This document shows positions 32,449 through 33,917 of a DNA stretch of 33,917 nt, piece by piece; the first letter of the stretch is position 1; each line of letters opens with the position of its first letter. The DNA is from Candidatus Acetothermia bacterium (GTDB lineage Bacteria > Bipolaricaulota > Bipolaricaulia > RBG-16-55-9 > JANLFV01). The stretch is taken from assembly GCA_028275195.1 (NCBI GenBank), contig JAPWVC010000001.1, positions 1 to 33,917 of the forward strand. Reading direction: 5' to 3'. The notes beneath the pieces are model-generated. The model was not told the origin of the DNA. It ran no database searches and was given only the letters and a program-made list of their open reading frames with translations. A program made the translations under genes and the position numbers.

Positions 32449-33342
32449 ATGGCCCGGGAAGAGATGCTCTTGGGCTGCCACCTCTCGATCGCCGGGGGGC
32501 TTGAGGAGGTCTTCTCCCAGGCCGAGGAGCTGGGGATCAATGCCCTCCAGATCTTCTCCCACAACGCGCGGAGCTGGAAGATGGGCGAGCTTAGGCCGGG
32601 GGAGGCAGAGCGGTTCCGCCAGAGGTGGCAGGCAAGCCGAGTGGAATACATCGTGATCCACACGATCTATCTCATCAACTTGGCCTCGCCGGAGGAGGGG
32701 CTCTACCGGCGCTCGATCGAGGCGGTGGTCAAGGAGCTGGAGCGGGCGGCTCAGCTCGGGATCCCCCAGGTGAACACCCACATCGGGGCCCACAAGGGGC
32801 TGGGGCCGGAGTGGGGGCTGCGGCGGGCCCGGGCGGCCTTAGAGGAGGTCCTGAGCCGGACGGAAGGGCTGCCAGTGAAGCTCTTGCTGGAGAACACCGC
32901 TGGGGAGGGGACGGTCCTCGGCTCGGCCTTTCGTGAGCTGGCCTACCTCCTCGAGGCCGACGATCGCGGTCGGGGCCGGCTGGGGGTCTGCCTCGATACC
33001 TGCCATGCCCTCGCCGCGGGGTATGAGCTCGCGACCGCTGAGGGGCTGGAGGAGACCCTGGCGGAGCTAGACCGGGCGGTCGGGCTGGAGCGACTGGCGC
33101 TCGTCCACCTCAACGATTCGCAATACAAGCGCGGCTCGCACAAGGACCGCCACCAGCACATCGGTGAGGGGGAGATCGGCCTCGAGGGCTTCCGGAACAT
33201 CGTCAACCACCCCGCGCTGCGGGAGCTGCCCTTCATCCTGGAGACCCCGAAATTGGCCTACGAGGATGAGCGGCTCGACTCCGACGCCGATGAGATAAAC
33301 TTGGAGAGGGTCCGGAGGCTGAGGCGGCCTTGGGCACATTAG
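32449..33342 (+). CDS. nfo: Deoxyribonuclease IV (endonuclease IV)
   Basis: LGCHLSIAGG, ALQIFSHNARSW, IHTIYLINLAS, NTHIGAH, LLENTAGEG, VCLDTCHALAAGY, HLNDS and HQHIGEGEIG. An alternative ATG lies at 32464. Confidence 0.9.
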   Translation: MAREEMLLGCHLSIAGGLEEVFSQAEELGINALQIFSHNARSWKMGELRPGEAERFRQRWQASRVEYIVIHTIYLINLASPEEGLYRRSIEAVVKELERAAQLGIPQVNTHIGAHKGLGPEWGLRRARAALEEVLSRTEGLPVKLLLENTAGEGTVLGSAFRELAYLLEADDRGRGRLGVCLDTCHALAAGYELATAEGLEETLAELDRAVGLERLALVHLNDSQYKRGSHKDRHQHIGEGEIGLEGFRNIVNHPALRELPFILETPKLAYEDERLDSDADEINLERVRRLRRPWAH

Positions 33343-33416
33343 CCCATAAGCGAGTGTGCATGGGCTTGCATCCCTGCTGACTTGCGCGGGCGCACACGAT
33401 ATGTAAGGAGGTCCCG

Positions 33417-33917
33417 ATGAAGCTCTTCATCGACACCGCGAACTTGGAGGAGATCAGGGAAGCGGCCGGTTGGGGCCTGATCGAGGGGGTGACGACCAAC
33501 CCCTCCCTGGTCGCGAAGGAGCTCGGCCAGCGGAGCTACGAAGCGCTCCTCCTGGAGATCTGTTCCCTCATCGACGGGCCGGTGAGCGCGGAGGTCACGA
33601 GCCAGACGACAGGAGAGATGGTCGAGGAGGCAAGGAGGCTGGCCGCGCTCCACGAGAACATCGTGGTCAAGATCCCCATGACCATCGAGGGGCTTAAGGC
33701 CGTGAGGAGGCTGAGCGCCGAGGGGATCAAGACGAATGTCACGCTCGTCTTCTCCCCGACCCAGGCCCTCCTCGCCGCCAAGGCCGGAGCAAGCTATGTC
33801 TCCCCCTTCGTCGGGCGGCTCGACGACCGGAGCGAGGACGGGATGGGGCTCGTCTCCCAGATCCTCCAGATCTTCGAGAATTATGACTTCCCCACGGAGG
33901 TGATCGTCGCCGCCGTC
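33417..33917 (+). CDS. tal: Transaldolase / fructose-6-phosphate aldolase family (short Tal type), 3' end cut by window edge
   Basis: Manual translation gives [35 protein letters not shown]...[64 protein letters not shown] lies 5 nt upstream. It is in frame to the last base of the window. Confidence 0.88.
   Translation, partial: MKLFIDTANLEEIREAAGWGLIEGVTTNPSLVAKELGQRSYEALLLEICSLIDGPVSAEVTSQTTGEMVEEARRLAALHENIVVKIPMTIEGLKAVRRLSAEGIKTNVTLVFSPTQALLAAKAGASYVSPFVGRLDDRSEDGMGLVSQILQIFENYDFPTEVIVAAV

Noticed and set aside
33353-33396. GTGTGC...GCACAC and TGCG-cggg-CGCA inverted repeats between nfo and tal, considered as a possible terminator or regulatory RNA.
   Set aside because: The stems are short with long or very small loops and no U-tract. 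Such repeats are expected by chance in GC-rich spacers.
1-33917. Search of all intergenic spacers for tRNA, rRNA, tmRNA, known riboswitches (for example SAH upstream of ahcY, TPP), IS elements or defence systems.
   Set aside because: No cloverleaf-capable or rRNA-like segments were recognisable by eye. ahcY has no 5' UTR because it overlaps the upstream gene. No transposase, integrase, Cas or toxin-antitoxin-like ORFs are present. A covariance-model scan would be needed to exclude small RNAs formally.

Overview
GC-rich, tightly packed bacterial chromosomal segment with strong G/C preference at third codon positions. The proteome looks Glu/Arg/Leu-rich and thermophile-like; I cannot assign a lineage from sequence alone. 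I support about 33 protein-coding genes and found no rRNA, tRNA, CRISPR array, transposase or phage genes. Most of the content is housekeeping. On the minus strand: acyl-CoA dehydrogenase, ahcY, rpsI, rpmE and a DUF1385 gene. On the plus strand: folP, a yceD-like gene, ruvC, polA, dedA, an S2P-CBS protease, pfkA, pdxS, pdxT, comF, an MBL hydrolase, dnaG, rpoD, miaA, nnr, tatD, nfo and tal. Many neighbours overlap by 4-14 nt (ATGA-type junctions), and two convergent gene pairs have zero or negative spacers. Five things deserve a second look. (1) A three-gene indolepyruvate-oxidoreductase-like cluster has an IorA that lacks its usual C-terminal 2x[4Fe-4S] module. A GltD/NfnB-like FAD/NAD(P)H flavoprotein carrying that ferredoxin-like module sits between iorA and iorB. 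(2) The translationally coupled string nnr, tiny Cys-rich lipoprotein, PKD-DsbA fusion lipoprotein, tatD. (3) A PKD plus seven-blade FG-GAP lipoprotein gene is split by a 1-nt frame change at a G4/C4 run. (4) TGnTATAAT-type promoters recur, and several sit only 6-9 nt from the ATG, which implies leaderless mRNAs. One such promoter is orphaned and points antisense into an MFS gene. (5) A 46-nt pure homopurine tract lies upstream of ruvC. All functional calls come from motif recognition by eye, not from database searches.
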